From the human T2T-CHM13v2.0 reference genome, Homo sapiens, in NCBI RefSeq assembly GCF_009914755.1, contig NC_060933.1: a DNA stretch of 64,000 nucleotides. One strand, written 5' to 3'. The notes beneath the pieces are model-generated. The model had not been told where the DNA came from. It made no database searches and saw only the letters and a program-made list of their open reading frames with translations. Below are positions 13,751 through 25,819 of the stretch, piece after piece. Made by a program: the position numbers and the translations under genes. Each line of letters opens with the position of its first letter. The first letter of the stretch is position 1.

Positions 13751-14156
13751 TTTTTTACATAGTATAGATTTATTATCATTTTGGGGCAAACTTAGTCAGC
13801 TGAGTCAATTCATTTTTTTTCTGCCATACTATAGAACAGCTTCATGACATTGGACGCCACTCTTTCTTAAAAAGGTCATAACACTCACCTGTTCAGCTGC
13901 ACCTGGTGCATTTGCAGAGCTCCTGGACTACTTTTACAATTTCTATTAAAATTCTCTACCCCTTGAGTTGATTTTGGTTACATTATTTTCTGAAAAATAT
14001 GACTCCATCTCAATCTTTGAATTCATTCCCCTAAGTCATTCCTTTTCTGAGTTCTCTCAGAGACCTTTCTGGCCACCATGCCATGCCAGGCCCCCTGAGT
14101 CTTCCAGACATGGCATGACTTCCAAGTCCTTAGTGCTGGGAGCTGCAAACTATTTG

Positions 14157-14345
14157 CTTATTTTTTATATTACTTATTTACTTACTTACTTTTTTAGAGA
14201 GACCGGGTCTTGCTCTGCCTCCCAGGCTGGAGTGCAGTGGCACAATAATGGCTCACTGCAGCCTCGAACTCTGGGGCTCAAGTGATCCTCCCACCTCAGC
14301 CTCCCAAAACACTGGCATTACAGGTGTGACCTACTGCTCTTGGCC
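14157..14345 (-). mobile_element. Alu monomer (FRAM-like or left/right chimera)
   Basis: Single arm with a T-rich tail; perfect 11-bp TSD CAAACTATTTG (14146-14156 / 14346-14356). Confidence 0.9.
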
Positions 14346-14684
14346 CAAACTATTTGTTGATGTTGTAGAAAGAGTTGGCAATGCAATGTCTCAGATGAGT
14401 TCCAACTGTCCACACTGCTTAGATAACTTCATAGACAATTCATGCAGCCCTCTCTAGGAGCAGGTACGTCCCACCTCGGAGACCTCCTCCTACTCCCTTC
14501 TCTGAACTAGCTCTCAGTTACTCTTCCCAGGACCTAAGCACAAAGATCTGTTCTTGTGTTCTTTTCCAGCTATCTGTCTCCCTGAAAGCCACAGCTTCTC
14601 ACTGTTTAGCTGGTGGGGCAAAGTGTCCACAGACCATCACCGATCCTCCAACACAAGGTCTGTAAGCCTAAATCGAGGAAGCTA

Positions 14685-14896
14685 ATAATACAATAGCAAC
14701 AGCAGCTTTTATGTATTTTACTAATGTGCCAGACACCTGTTATTGCATGTTTGATGTCACTCTTTAATCCTCACAACAACCATGCAATGTGAATACTCAT
14801 TGTTTTCTCCATTTTATGGGTAGAGAAACAAACGCTCAGAAAAATTACTGAAATTTGCTAAGGCCATGCAGCAGAGCCAGGAGCCTAACTATCTGG
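14685..14896 (-). mobile_element. MIR
   Basis: TTTAATCCTCACAACAACC...CCATTTTATGGGTAGAGAAAC. Confidence 0.75.
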
Positions 14897-15466
14897 CAAA
14901 AGAAATTTCTGAATTATGGACTCCAAACAAAGCACCCAGAGATCTCAAAAGGAAAATCTCAAGTCATTTCAATTATTAACACTGATGCACCAGCCTTCTC
15001 ATTCCTCCTTCTCAGGAAGTGGGAGATAGTGTGAATGTTAGTAATGTCGTAAATATCACTGTGCCCATAGCATCCGTGGGTGTTTGAGAAATCACTTCTT
15101 TATGTCAATTCCCAGAAATATTGAGCATACAGGAAACTATAAACCTATCATTCTGCAAAGCAATAAATATTCAGTTTTCTAAGAAAAATCTGTAGTTGGT
15201 CCTCAAAAAATTGAATTTTATTTTTTCTAGGTATAACATAAGAAAAGATTTCAAATTACATTTTGTGAACAAGAAAGCCATGGAAATAAGTCAGAGGCCA
15301 CCCACCCTGACAGTGGTTTGGTCTCAATGAAATCAGAGAAACACGGACCACGAGATGAATAAGGAAAGCCGCATGACCTTCTGCTCTCCTTTTAGGGGAC
15401 TCCTCGCTAGTACAGCCTACAGTTGAGATTTCCAGGCTTACTCAATGGGGAAATTAGAAACACATA

Positions 15467-15615
15467 CTCTGGCACTTGGTCCCCTGGGTTTGAATCAGGC
15501 TTAGCCACCTCCTGGTAGTGTGCCTTGCGTAACTTCATCTCTGAAAAGGGAATGAATTAAATGTAAGAATTAAATATGATGATGCCTGTAAAGTACTTAG
15601 CACAGTGACTACTGG
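15467..15615 (+). mobile_element. MIR fragment
   Basis: CCTGGGTTTGAATC...TGTAAAGTACTTAGCACAGTG. Confidence 0.6.
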
Positions 15616-15630
15616 TGACCTAAAGGAAGA

Positions 15631-16043
15631 TGCTGGGGCACAAAATACAATTTTAAAGAGTCCACTTGAGTCAAAGTGAGGACAGCTGCCTGGGACATAC
15701 TTGCAAGTTGCCTTGGGGAGCGCTCCCTCTGACCTTTGTTCCATGCAGGTTTTTAAAAGTAAAAAGGGACAAGGAGTGGGCCGATTGATAACAGAGTTGT
15801 TTGAAAGGGATTCCCATTGATTTACAAGGATAACATTGATTTGTGATAGGCTGTGCATCGTCGAACTGTAAGTTATGGCGTCCAGCATACAGCAATTTAT
15901 GGCAATTGGCTTAGAGTCTAAAGCCCACATAGCAAGTAGCTTCAAGAGGTAATGCCCCAGCTCAAGGGAGAGTGATGGAACTGCTGTCACTTTTCAGTCC
16001 CTCACTGTGCCTGATCATTTAAAGGGGCTCGCAGTCCTCAACA
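15631..16043 (-). mobile_element. Probable ERV1-class solo LTR, family unresolved
   Basis: TG...CA ends, about 410 bp, GAGTCAAAGTGAGGACAGCTGCCTGGG...GTTGCCTTGGGGAG motif. Confidence 0.4.
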
Positions 16044-16646
16044 AAAATTTTCTTTTCTTTCCCACGCCAGTATGGCAAGTATTCAATCAATATGAGCAAT
16101 GATTTATTTCTAATAGTTATTAAGCAGGTAGGGATAGGAACTAGAAAGGTGGACTCCCACAAAGACTTGGTAGGGAGTTTTCATCTCCAAACCCCTGAAA
16201 GTCACTGGGTTTTCAGGCTGAACAAGGCAGCATGTAGAACACCCACTTCAAATATTCTTAAATAAAAAGAAGGGATCAGCACCTGATATAATGGTACTTT
16301 TAGAAGGGGAATTTCTGCCTTACCCACAATGCTGACTGACCAAGCCCAGCCTCTTTCCTCTGTTCCATCCGAGCCTCTTCCCTGGTTAACATCATGTCTC
16401 CTTCAGGAGGGACCATGACTGGGCAGCCCTCAGCTCCCCACATCTCAGGTTTGAAACCAGAGGATAAACATGCTTCCTCCCTCCCCACTGCAGCTGGAAA
16501 AGCCCTGGCTAAGGTCACAAGGCCTTGATGGGTCTCACACCCATGTCTGGGGGTGAATCCAGTTACCAGGGGAAGGAAAAATGGAATGGAGAGAACACAC
16601 AAACAATAGACACCTTCAAACACCCTGGGTAGAAAACATGGATCAA

Positions 16647-16717
16647 TGTGGCTTATTACTATAGTATGTGTCTGACTTTACTTGTGGCTTATTAATATAG
16701 TATGTGTCTGAGTTTAC
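16647..16717. repeat. 36-bp tandem duplication
   Basis: TGTGGCTTATTA(C/A)TATAGTATGTGTCTGA(C/G)TTTAC x2. Confidence 0.9.
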
Positions 16718-19228
16718 AAGAAACCAGGGAAAGAATTTCAATAATTATACCCATAAATTTAGCTATCCAGGGAGCCCGAGAAGACTGCCGTGCCAGCTCC
16801 CTCAGCCATTATTCTCATGAGCAACAATCCGATATTTGAGAAAGTGAAAACAAATAAAAATAAAGAATGTGTGAGATGACATTGAATAAAAATAGATTTA
16901 TGAAGATAACTCGATAGAAGGGTTTTCACTGCTTCTAATTCATGTTGATTGATAATTCACCTCACAGGGGGTTTTTTTGGTAAAATTTTATGTTCAGCTG
17001 AGGACTCATCATGCCAAGATTAGCTTAGGTGAAGTTCTCACCTCATATAAAATTGACTTCCACTCCTACAGAGAGATTGTTGATGAGTCCTTCTCTATAA
17101 TGCCATAAAATATTACAAGCAGGAGAGGCACGCTGGGGCTGGATCATAAACAAGGTTTTTCTGGAAGTCCCTGTAGGGCTTGGCAAGGTCTGGTGAGCAC
17201 CTCAGGCAGGAAGCCCTGCTCAGGAGACACTAATTAACAGTGACAGCAATGCTGGCAGATTTTTTTCCCCCATAATCTATTTGGAGACACAAAAGGGAAC
17301 CCAGCACTTGGAAGAGAAGAATACTTGTAATGACTTTGAAGAGGTAATTTAGTGAGGGTGTTAGGAGACATTGCATTTTAGCATTTTGTTATTAAGAGTT
17401 GTCATTGATGATTTTGCATTTTCTCATTTCCACTCAGGCAACAAAATCAGCTTTCATGCCAGAGTAATTCACTTAGAGTCAAGCGGGCAAGTTAATGATA
17501 TCAGCAGCCGCGGCTCCTGGAGGAGTTGGAGTTGGAAGATTTTTAAAATTTTCAACTTTTTTAAGGGGGTTCATGTCTGGTGGTCATGAACTATTTTGTG
17601 ATTTTTTTAATATACTGCATTTTGAACTTCATAAAAACAAACTTGATATCTATTATACTACCTATCTAATACTAGATAGGAGCCGTTTAGAAACCCCTGT
17701 TTTGGTTATGTTTTAATGGAGGTTTGAGCTCATTATTTAATAATGAAGTAACTCAGGATGACTCTCTGTTAATTCATTTAATACTTATCTTGCTCTCTTT
17801 TATTCAAATACTGCCATCCCTCTCTGAACATCATACACTTGTCATGAGAAGAGTCTGCACTTCCAGTGCCTGGCACTGAAGGTCTTGAAATGTTTCTCCT
17901 CAGTTCCACTTACCGGCTTCATGACATCTTATATTCTGCCTTCATCAACTAGTTCCTTTATTAATGAAGATGCCAAAACACTAATCTTGCACTCATTTAC
18001 AACTAAATAGCAATTTGTGTTTACTTTACTCCAGGGACAAAAGGAGAAAGATTTTTTTAAAAATCCTAGTATTTGGGAAATATCTTCCATGTCTACTGCC
18101 TTCAAAGCCAGATCCTAATTTCTCAGTTTTAAATGAAATGCTAGCTGCTGGATGAGAAGCCAAAGGCGCCATAACTTTCTGGATTCCCAGTTTTGCCTGT
18201 TAATCATGTGTAGGAGGCAATGTTTCCTCCCCTCAGTAGAGATGTGAATGTGAGTTCAGGGAAGTTGTATTTTTATACAGGGTTAATAATATAACTAACA
18301 TAACTGTACACGGCAATTGTAAAGACGTGAGAGTTGGTGGGTTGGTGTTGTGTAAACAGCAGGTAGAATCGTGAATACCAGATTGTGAGATGATTTTATT
18401 GGTATGAAGGTCAATTTGAGAAGGCTCAGAGGTTGGATGCACTGTGCAATATTTATCTCAGGGCTCAAGAAAGAACTAAAAAGAATGGTGAGTGATAGAG
18501 AGGAATAGTCCCTGGCCAGAGAGTAAATTTGCAATTATAACAACAAGTCAAAGGTCTTGGTATGATGTTCTCAGATTGTTAGATGGTTTCCAAAAGGAAC
18601 TTTTCTTTGATGCCTTTTAATTCTTGAAATTAAAAAATCCAGAAAAAAATAATTTTTCAGAGCTTAAGAATTCAAAATATTTTAATACTGGGAACTAATG
18701 TGACTGACTTTTTAAAAATCTGAATTAACTCATGTCTCAAAACACTCTGTTGTTTTGGCCTCAAAATGAGGACAACTGCTAATCGTCTAGAAAAATGTGA
18801 CTTACAAACTTATCTATTTAAGAACCTCATTCTAAAGTGGAAAAAAAGCAGTTGAAAGAATGTATAGTGACCAAAACAAAAACTACTTTGATTTCACTAA
18901 GACATTAATTAGGATGTGCTACTATTTCTAAAAATATAAGACCTGAATGTGTAAAACATGTCATTTAAATACTCTGCAGACAATGATTACTTCGATTTCA
19001 TGTAGATTCATGGACATTTTTAAAATTTTTCTGAGGATCCCAGGGCCCTCTGGGTCATACTAGGGAGACCTTTTTCTTGGGCTCTTGTTCCCAGCAAACA
19101 TAACATGTGACGGCTTCATGCATATGCCTTACAATTTGGCTTTCAGCTTATTACTTAAGAATAAGTAGCAGTCAGCATTCAGGTTTATACAAGGGACAGT
19201 TTGCACATTTTCCTCTGTATAAACTAAT

Positions 19229-19372
19229 AAAGAAAGGAGAAAATGAGAAAGAAAATAAAGAAAGAAAGAAGAAAGAAATGAAGAAAGAAATAAAGAAAGA
19301 AAGAAAGAGACAGAGGAAAGAAAGAAAGAAGAAAGAGAAAGAGAGAGAGAGAAAGAAAGAAAGAACGAAAAA

Positions 19373-19424
<52 letters not shown>

Positions 19425-19428
19425 GAAA
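19229..19428 (+). repeat. (GAAA)n polypurine microsatellite
   Basis: About 200 bp of nearly pure purine, with a perfect (AAAG)n run at about 19372-19423. Confidence 0.97.
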
Positions 19429-19461
19429 TCCCCTCTTACTATCCTAGCTCTTCATAGATGT

Positions 19462-19860
19462 GATAGAGACTGTTTACCAGCCTTACTTTCTCTCTGATAA
19501 TATAGTTAGACTGTATTTTCATTCTTCCTTTGCAATTAGATGTGGCCATTGGGCTGTGTCCCAGCAAATGGAATGTGAATAGAAGTGGTATGTACTCCTG
19601 CTAGCCTGGCACTTTAAAGCTTGTCAGGTATGACTCTCCAAGCTGTTTTCCTTCCCAGCTGACTGGCATAGAGACAACATGGAATATAACCTTGGAAGCT
19701 GTGTGCTGAAAAATGACAGAGCTACAGGTGGAAGGAGTCTGGGTCCCTGAATGACCACTTGGAGGGGATGCACCTGCCAATGAAGAGTACCACTTTGGAA
19801 ATTATGTGAGTGAGAAATAGACTGATATTTTGCTTGGGCCATTATATATTTGTATAATTG
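19462..19860 (+). mobile_element. MLT1I/J-like MaLR LTR
   Basis: GCAATTAGATGTGGCCA...AATGGAATGTGAATAGAAGTG...GGGTCCCTGAATGACC...GTGAGTGAGAAATA. Confidence 0.7.
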
Positions 19861-20205
19861 TGTCCTTAATTTTTGCACTATATGATTATTATTAAATTAC
19901 TTTTTACCACTAGAGATGACTCTATTGTTGTCATGATTCTGTGAGATGAATTAGGAATGGAGGGTAGAACCTAACTTCTTGTGCACATCTTCTGTGTAAA
20001 ACTTGTGCATTCTCTATGCACCATTTATGTATCTGCTATGTGACATGTAACAGGCATGTCTTTTATGTATATCAGCTCATGTCTTCATTCCTGATATTAA
20101 TGATTTGTATTATGTTGGGCTTTCAAAATCATAGTTTTTTGCTCTATATTTATGTATCTTTCTTTTTATTACTTTGAAATAATTCTTTGGGACAATTTAC
20201 TCTAA

Positions 20206-20990
20206 TTTTTCTTTTTTTTATAATTTCAACTTTTATTTTAGATTCAGGGGATACATGTACAGGTTTGTTACCTGAATATATTGCATAATTCTGAGGTTTG
20301 GGATATGATTGATCCCATCACCCAGGTACTGAGAATACTACCCAGTAATTAGTTTTTCAGTCTTTTTCTCTCCTCCCTCTCACTACTCTAGAAGTCCTGA
20401 GTGTCTATTGTTCCCATCTTTATGCCCATGAGTACCCAATGTTTAGCTTCCACTTAGAAGTGAGGACATGTGGTATTTGGTTTTCTGTCCCTGTATTAGT
20501 TCACTTAGGCTCATAGCCTCCAGCTGAATCCATGTTGCTACAAAGGGCATGATTTTGTTCTTTCTTATGGCTGCATAGTATTCCATTGTGTATATGTGCC
20601 ACATTTTCTTTATCCAGTCTACCATTGATGAACACCTAGGTTGATTACACATCTTTGTTATTGCTAATAGTGCAGTGATGAACATATCAGTTCAGGCATC
20701 CTTTTGATAGATGATATATGATAGAATGATTTATTTTCTTTTGCATATATACTCAGTTGTGGGATTGTTGGATCTAGTGGTAGCTCTGTTTTAAGACAGT
20801 TGAAAAATATTCAGACTGCTTTCCACAGTGGCTGAACTAATTCACATTCCCACCAACAGTGTATAAGTGTTCCATTTTCTCCACAGCCTCACTAGCATCC
20901 TACCACCATTTATGACTTTTTAATAATAGCCATTCTGACTCATATGAGATGGTATATCATTGTGATTTTCATTTGCACTTTTCTGATTTT
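20206..20990 (-). mobile_element. L1PA15/16-like 3' end
   Basis: Poly-T then TTCAACTTTTATTTTAGATTCAGGGG...; minus-strand ORF 20443-20685 matches the L1 ORF2 C-terminal region (WIKKMWHIYTMEYYAAI). Confidence 0.9.
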
Positions 20991-20992
20991 TA

Positions 20993-22176
20993 GAAAAGTC
21001 ATACAAACAGGAAAAGAAGAAGTCAAAATACCTCACTCCACAAATATGATTCTATACCTACAAAACACTAAAGACTCTGCCAAAAGGCTCCTAGAACTGA
21101 CAAACAACTTGAGTAAAGTTTTGGGATTACAAGATCAATGTACAAAAATCAGTAGTATTTCTATACACCAATAATGTTTGAGCTGAGAGCCACATTAAGA
21201 AGACAATCCCATTTACAATGGCTGCAAAAAAAAAAAAAAAGTAGAATACCTAGGAATACACCTAACCAAGGATGTAAAAGTTCTCTGTAAGGAGAACTAC
21301 AAAACACTCTGAAAGAAATTATAGATGACATGAACAAATAGATAAAACATTCCATGCTCATGGAATGGAAGAATTAATAATGTTAAAATGGCCATACTGC
21401 CCAAAGCAATCTACAGATTTAATGCCATTCCTACCTAACTACCAATGTCATTATGTCATTTATCACAGAACTAAAAAAAAAACTATTCTAAAATTTATAT
21501 GGAACCTAAAAAGAGCTCCAATAGTCAAAGCAATCCTAAGTAAAAGAACAAAGCTGGAGGTATCACATCACCCAACTTCAAACTATACTATAAGACTACA
21601 ATAAACAAAACAGCATGATACTGGAACAAAAACAGACACATAGACCAATAGAACAGAATTGAGAACCCAGAAATAAAGCTGTACACCTACAACTATCTGA
21701 TCTTCAACACAGTTGAAAAAAAAATAAGCAATAGGGGAAAGACTCCTTACTCAATAAATGATGCTGGGTTAGCTGGCTAGCCATAAGCAAAAGAATGAAA
21801 CTAGACCACTACATTTCACCATAAACAAAAGTTAACTCAAGATGAATTAAATATTTAAATGTGAGACCTCAAACTTTAGGAATCCTAGAAGAAAATGTAG
21901 GAAACATAATTCTGGACATCAGCCTTGGGAATTTATGACTAAGTCCCTGAAAGCCATTGCAACAAAAACAAAAATTGCTAAGTGGAACCTAATTAGACTA
22001 ATGAGCTGCACAGCAAAAGAAACTATTGGCAGAGTAAAAAAACAACCTACAGAATGAGAGAAACTACTCACAACTATGCATCTGACAAAGGTCTAATATC
22101 CAGAATCTATAAGGAACTTAAACAATTGAATAAACAAAAATCAAGCCTATTAAAAAGTGGGCAAAGACATGAACAG
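20993..22176 (+). mobile_element. Inverted 5' segment of the same L1PA (ORF2 RT region onward)
   Basis: Begins at the IQTGKEEVK motif and ends AAAAAGTGGGCAAAGACATGAACAGA, just upstream of where the minus-strand segment starts in L1 coordinates. Confidence 0.88.
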
Positions 22177-23405
22177 ATTCTTGTATTAAGTTAGAAATGT
22201 AGGTTATTAATTTTAAGTTTTTCTGCTTTCTAACACAGGCTTTTAAAGTTATACATTTTCTTCTAAGTATTGATTGAATTGTATCTCATAAGTTTTTTTA
22301 ATATGTTTTCTTTTCATTTTCATTCATTTCAATGCATTTTCTAATTTACCTTGGGATTTCTTATTTGATTATTTGATTAATTACTTCTTATTTCTTATTT
22401 GATTAATTTGTTCTTTATAAGTATGTTACTTATAAAGTGTGTTACTTTATAAGTGTGTTATCCAAATATTATATAATATTCTGGATATCTCATTGCCACT
22501 GACTTTTAATTTAATACAACTGCAGTCAGAGAATATATTCAGTAATATAATCAATCTTGACATGTAATAACACTTACTTTATGACCCAACATATAGCCGA
22601 TCTGGTGAATATAACATGTGCTTTTGAAAAGAATGTTTATTCACTACTCTTGGGTAAAATATTTCACAAATGTCAATTAGGTCTAGTTTGTTCATTGTGT
22701 GGGTTACATGATATAAACTTTACTCTTTTTTTTTTTCAAATTCATTTGCCTATCACTGGCAAAAGGGTATAGAAATCTCTATTTCTTAATATGGATTTTC
22801 TATTTATTCTTTAGTTCCACCAGGATTTGCTTCACGTATTTAGAAGTTAAATGTGCATAAACATTTAATACTTTTATATCTTCATGATAAATTGACACCT
22901 TTTCATCTCTGGTCATATTGCTTGTCTTGAAATTCATATCTGGTTTTAATAAGATCATAGCAGCAATTTTACACTTACCATTGCATAAAATTTTTTCCGT
23001 CATTTTTTATCTGTGTCTTTATAGTTAAAATGCATCTCCTATGGAAAGCACAAAATTAGGTAACATTTTTTCCATCTATTCTTTATTATGATGCTAATTT
23101 TTACAAATTTGTTTAGTGTCTATGATTACAACTTATAAAAACAAAAACTTCTATTGAGTGCAGGTTTTTAGATTCCTGGCTTTATATATATATGACTTCT
23201 TATTTGGAGGGGTTAGCTTATATTACTATAATGTTATTATTGATGTAGTTGAGATTATACCCAATTTCTTGCTATTGTTTTCCTTCCATTGTTGTTCCTC
23301 CTCTTCCTTCTTTTTTGTTTAATTGAATATTATTATTCGACAAAATGTAATATTCCATTTAATATTTTAATTTAACTAAATTTAATATTTCTCTGAGACC
23401 CTTAG

Positions 23406-23749
<344 letters not shown>

Positions 23750-23764
23750 ACTCAAGAACTTATT

Positions 23765-24042
23765 CTTTGTTTTTTTTTCTGAGATGGAGTCTCACTCTGT
23801 CACCAGACTGGAGGGCAGTGGCCCAATCTCAGCCACGGCAACCTCTGACTCCCTGATTCAAGCAATTGTCCTGCCTCAGCCTCCCGAGTAGCTGGGATTA
23901 CAGGCATGCGCCATCACGCCTAGCTAATTTTTGTATTTTTAGTACAGGTGGGGTTTCACCATGTTGGCCAGGATGGTCTCGATCTCCTGACCTCGTGATC
24001 CGCCCGCCTCAGCCTCCCAAAGTGCTAGGATTACAGGAGTGA
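23765..24042 (-). mobile_element. AluSc-like, lacking about 18 5' bases
   Basis: CTCTGTCACCAG and CAGGATGGTCTCGATCTCCTGACCTCGTGATC; TSD AAGAACTTATT (23754-23764 / 24043-24053). Confidence 0.93.
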
Positions 24043-24219
24043 AAGAACTTATTATGAGGACTCATGTAAGGGCTTCTAAACAGCTCCTTCTCCACTTCCC
24101 TGTGCTACCTCAGCCATCCCAAATTTCAATCTTTACCTCCTCAGTTGAGCGAGACCACCATTTGCCGTTTGGGCTCCATCTTCTCCCACAGTCTCATGGT
24201 GCCTCCAAGAAGTGAGCGG

Positions 24220-24300
24220 GAATCTCACCTTTTGTGTCACTTTTCCATTATTCATTCTGAATCTAACCTTCTGTGTCTCTTTTCCATTATCCATTCTGAA
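24220..24300. repeat. 39-bp tandem duplication
   Basis: GAATCT(C/A)ACCTT(T/C)TGTGTC(A/T)CTTTTCCATTAT(T/C)CATTCT x2. Confidence 0.9.
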
Positions 24301-24959
24301 AAGGCATTACTTCACATATTTCGTCTGGTTTCATGGTTACTTCTTCTTGACTGAAAGCTGAACTCCCATGCTGTCAATGTTTCCTAACTCAAACAAATGT
24401 TTGGCAAAAATGCATGACTCCCTAATGCCACTACATTGCTATGGGTCACTTTCCCATTGCTGTCTTCTCCAATTTGAGACTCATTGGGAAACTGGATTAG
24501 ATTACTGTCTCAACCATAGTCATTTGATAGAAAATGCTATTAGGTTTATTATTCTGTTAGGAATATGGATGTGAATTTTAATATGTCTGATTAACATTGG
24601 CAACAGCTTAGAGAATGTATCAGGAGATCGGTGAAAAACCCATTACTTCAAATGAATTTATTTGTTTTTAGCAGTAACAGGCTATCGTGGGTTTAGTCAT
24701 TTAAACTGCTCCAGAGAAGTAAATTGTCATTTTACTTGGTTTGGTTTTTAACCTTGAAGAATATTTGGGTAAGTTTTCTGGAGTCTTTTAATAAGTTCAC
24801 CTAAAATTTTATCCAGTGTCTCCTACTACAGTTTCAGAAACAGATTTTCTATCATCATAGGCCATCTGAAAATAGGGTAACAACGATTTTCCACATACAA
24901 ATCATATCCAAACTAGTATTGTTTAGCACTTCACTTCAACCTTTGCCTCTTCATCTTCA

Positions 24960-25710
24960 GATTAAACAATCTTTAATGGATCAAGATTTCTAACTCTAAT
25001 ACAGTTCAATTTCTCACACTTCCCTTATAGTTAGTGATTTTCTTGCCTTATTGAAATCTTTTTGTATTCAATGTGTCAATTTTTATGGGTAGTTAATTTT
25101 GTGTTTTGTTTTTAAAATATTTATCCACCCTAGATTGAGAAGATATTACCCTACATTATCTTCAAAGATCTCCAATTTTTCCTTTAATATTTTGATCTAC
25201 ATACAACTTAGTTTTGGTTTTGTGTATAAGAATCAGCACCGCTACTAAAAGGTCATTCTTGTCCTGTGGCTCTGCAGCACCAACTGTGTCATAAATTACA
25301 TATTTGTGTTACATATTATCTATTTCTAGAATTTCCATTCTGTTTGTCTATATATGCACTAATACCACACTCTATTACTGGAACTTTATTATTAGTTTCG
25401 ATATCTAGTAGAGTGAGCTCTCTTGCTTTCTTCTTCGAAGTTTTGATGACTCTAGCCTTTGAATATTCATATACATTTTAAAATCAATTTATCCATGTTC
25501 TTTAAGTCTCACAGTGATTCTGAGTAAGACTGCATCCAGCAATAGATCAATTTTGGGAGAACTGACACTGACATCATATCCATGACTGTGATATGTTTTC
25601 CATTCATTTACTTCTACTTTAATAACTATCACTATCAGCAATGGTGGCAATCACGCACATATTTCATTAAATTTATCCCTAGGCATCTTTGATGCCATTT
25701 CAAATATATT
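24960..25710 (-). mobile_element. Ancient L1ME-like ORF2 remnant
   Basis: Degenerate antisense L1 motifs (GATCAATTTTGGGAGAACTGACA, ATTAAATTTATCCCTAGG). Confidence 0.55.
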
Positions 25711-25714
25711 CTTT

Positions 25715-25815
25715 TGGACAAAGTTATTGAGGTACAATTAACGTACAATAGACTGCACCTATTTAAAGTGTACACTTTGATACATTTTGACATATGACAC
25801 ATGTATACATCCACA
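25715..25815 (-). mobile_element. L1MC/MD-type 3' terminus fragment
   Basis: TTATTGAGGTACAATTAACGTACAATAGACTGCACCTATTTAAAGTGTACA. Confidence 0.6.
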
Positions 25816-25819
25816 AAAA

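Larger units (their letters stand above)
20130..23390 (-). mobile_element. Old L1M (ORF2 5' region), split by the younger L1PA insertion at 20206-22176
   Basis: L1M antisense sequence is continuous across the insertion (...TTTACTCTAATTTTTC / TTCTTGTATTAAGTTAGAAATGTAGGTTATT...). Confidence 0.65.

Noticed and set aside
15535-15990. 151-aa minus-strand ORF
   Set aside because: Non-ATG start, spans a MIR and a probable LTR, no recognisable domain
16647-16717. 36-bp direct repeat of CRISPR-like length (also the 39-bp repeat at 24220)
   Set aside because: Only two adjacent copies, no spacers, eukaryotic context; simple tandem duplications
19107-19457. 116-aa Lys/Glu/Arg-rich ORF
   Set aside because: Translation of the (GAAA)n microsatellite
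20443-21604. ORFs resembling L1 ORF2
   Set aside because: Frameshifted, stop-ridden pieces of a truncated, inverted L1; not functional
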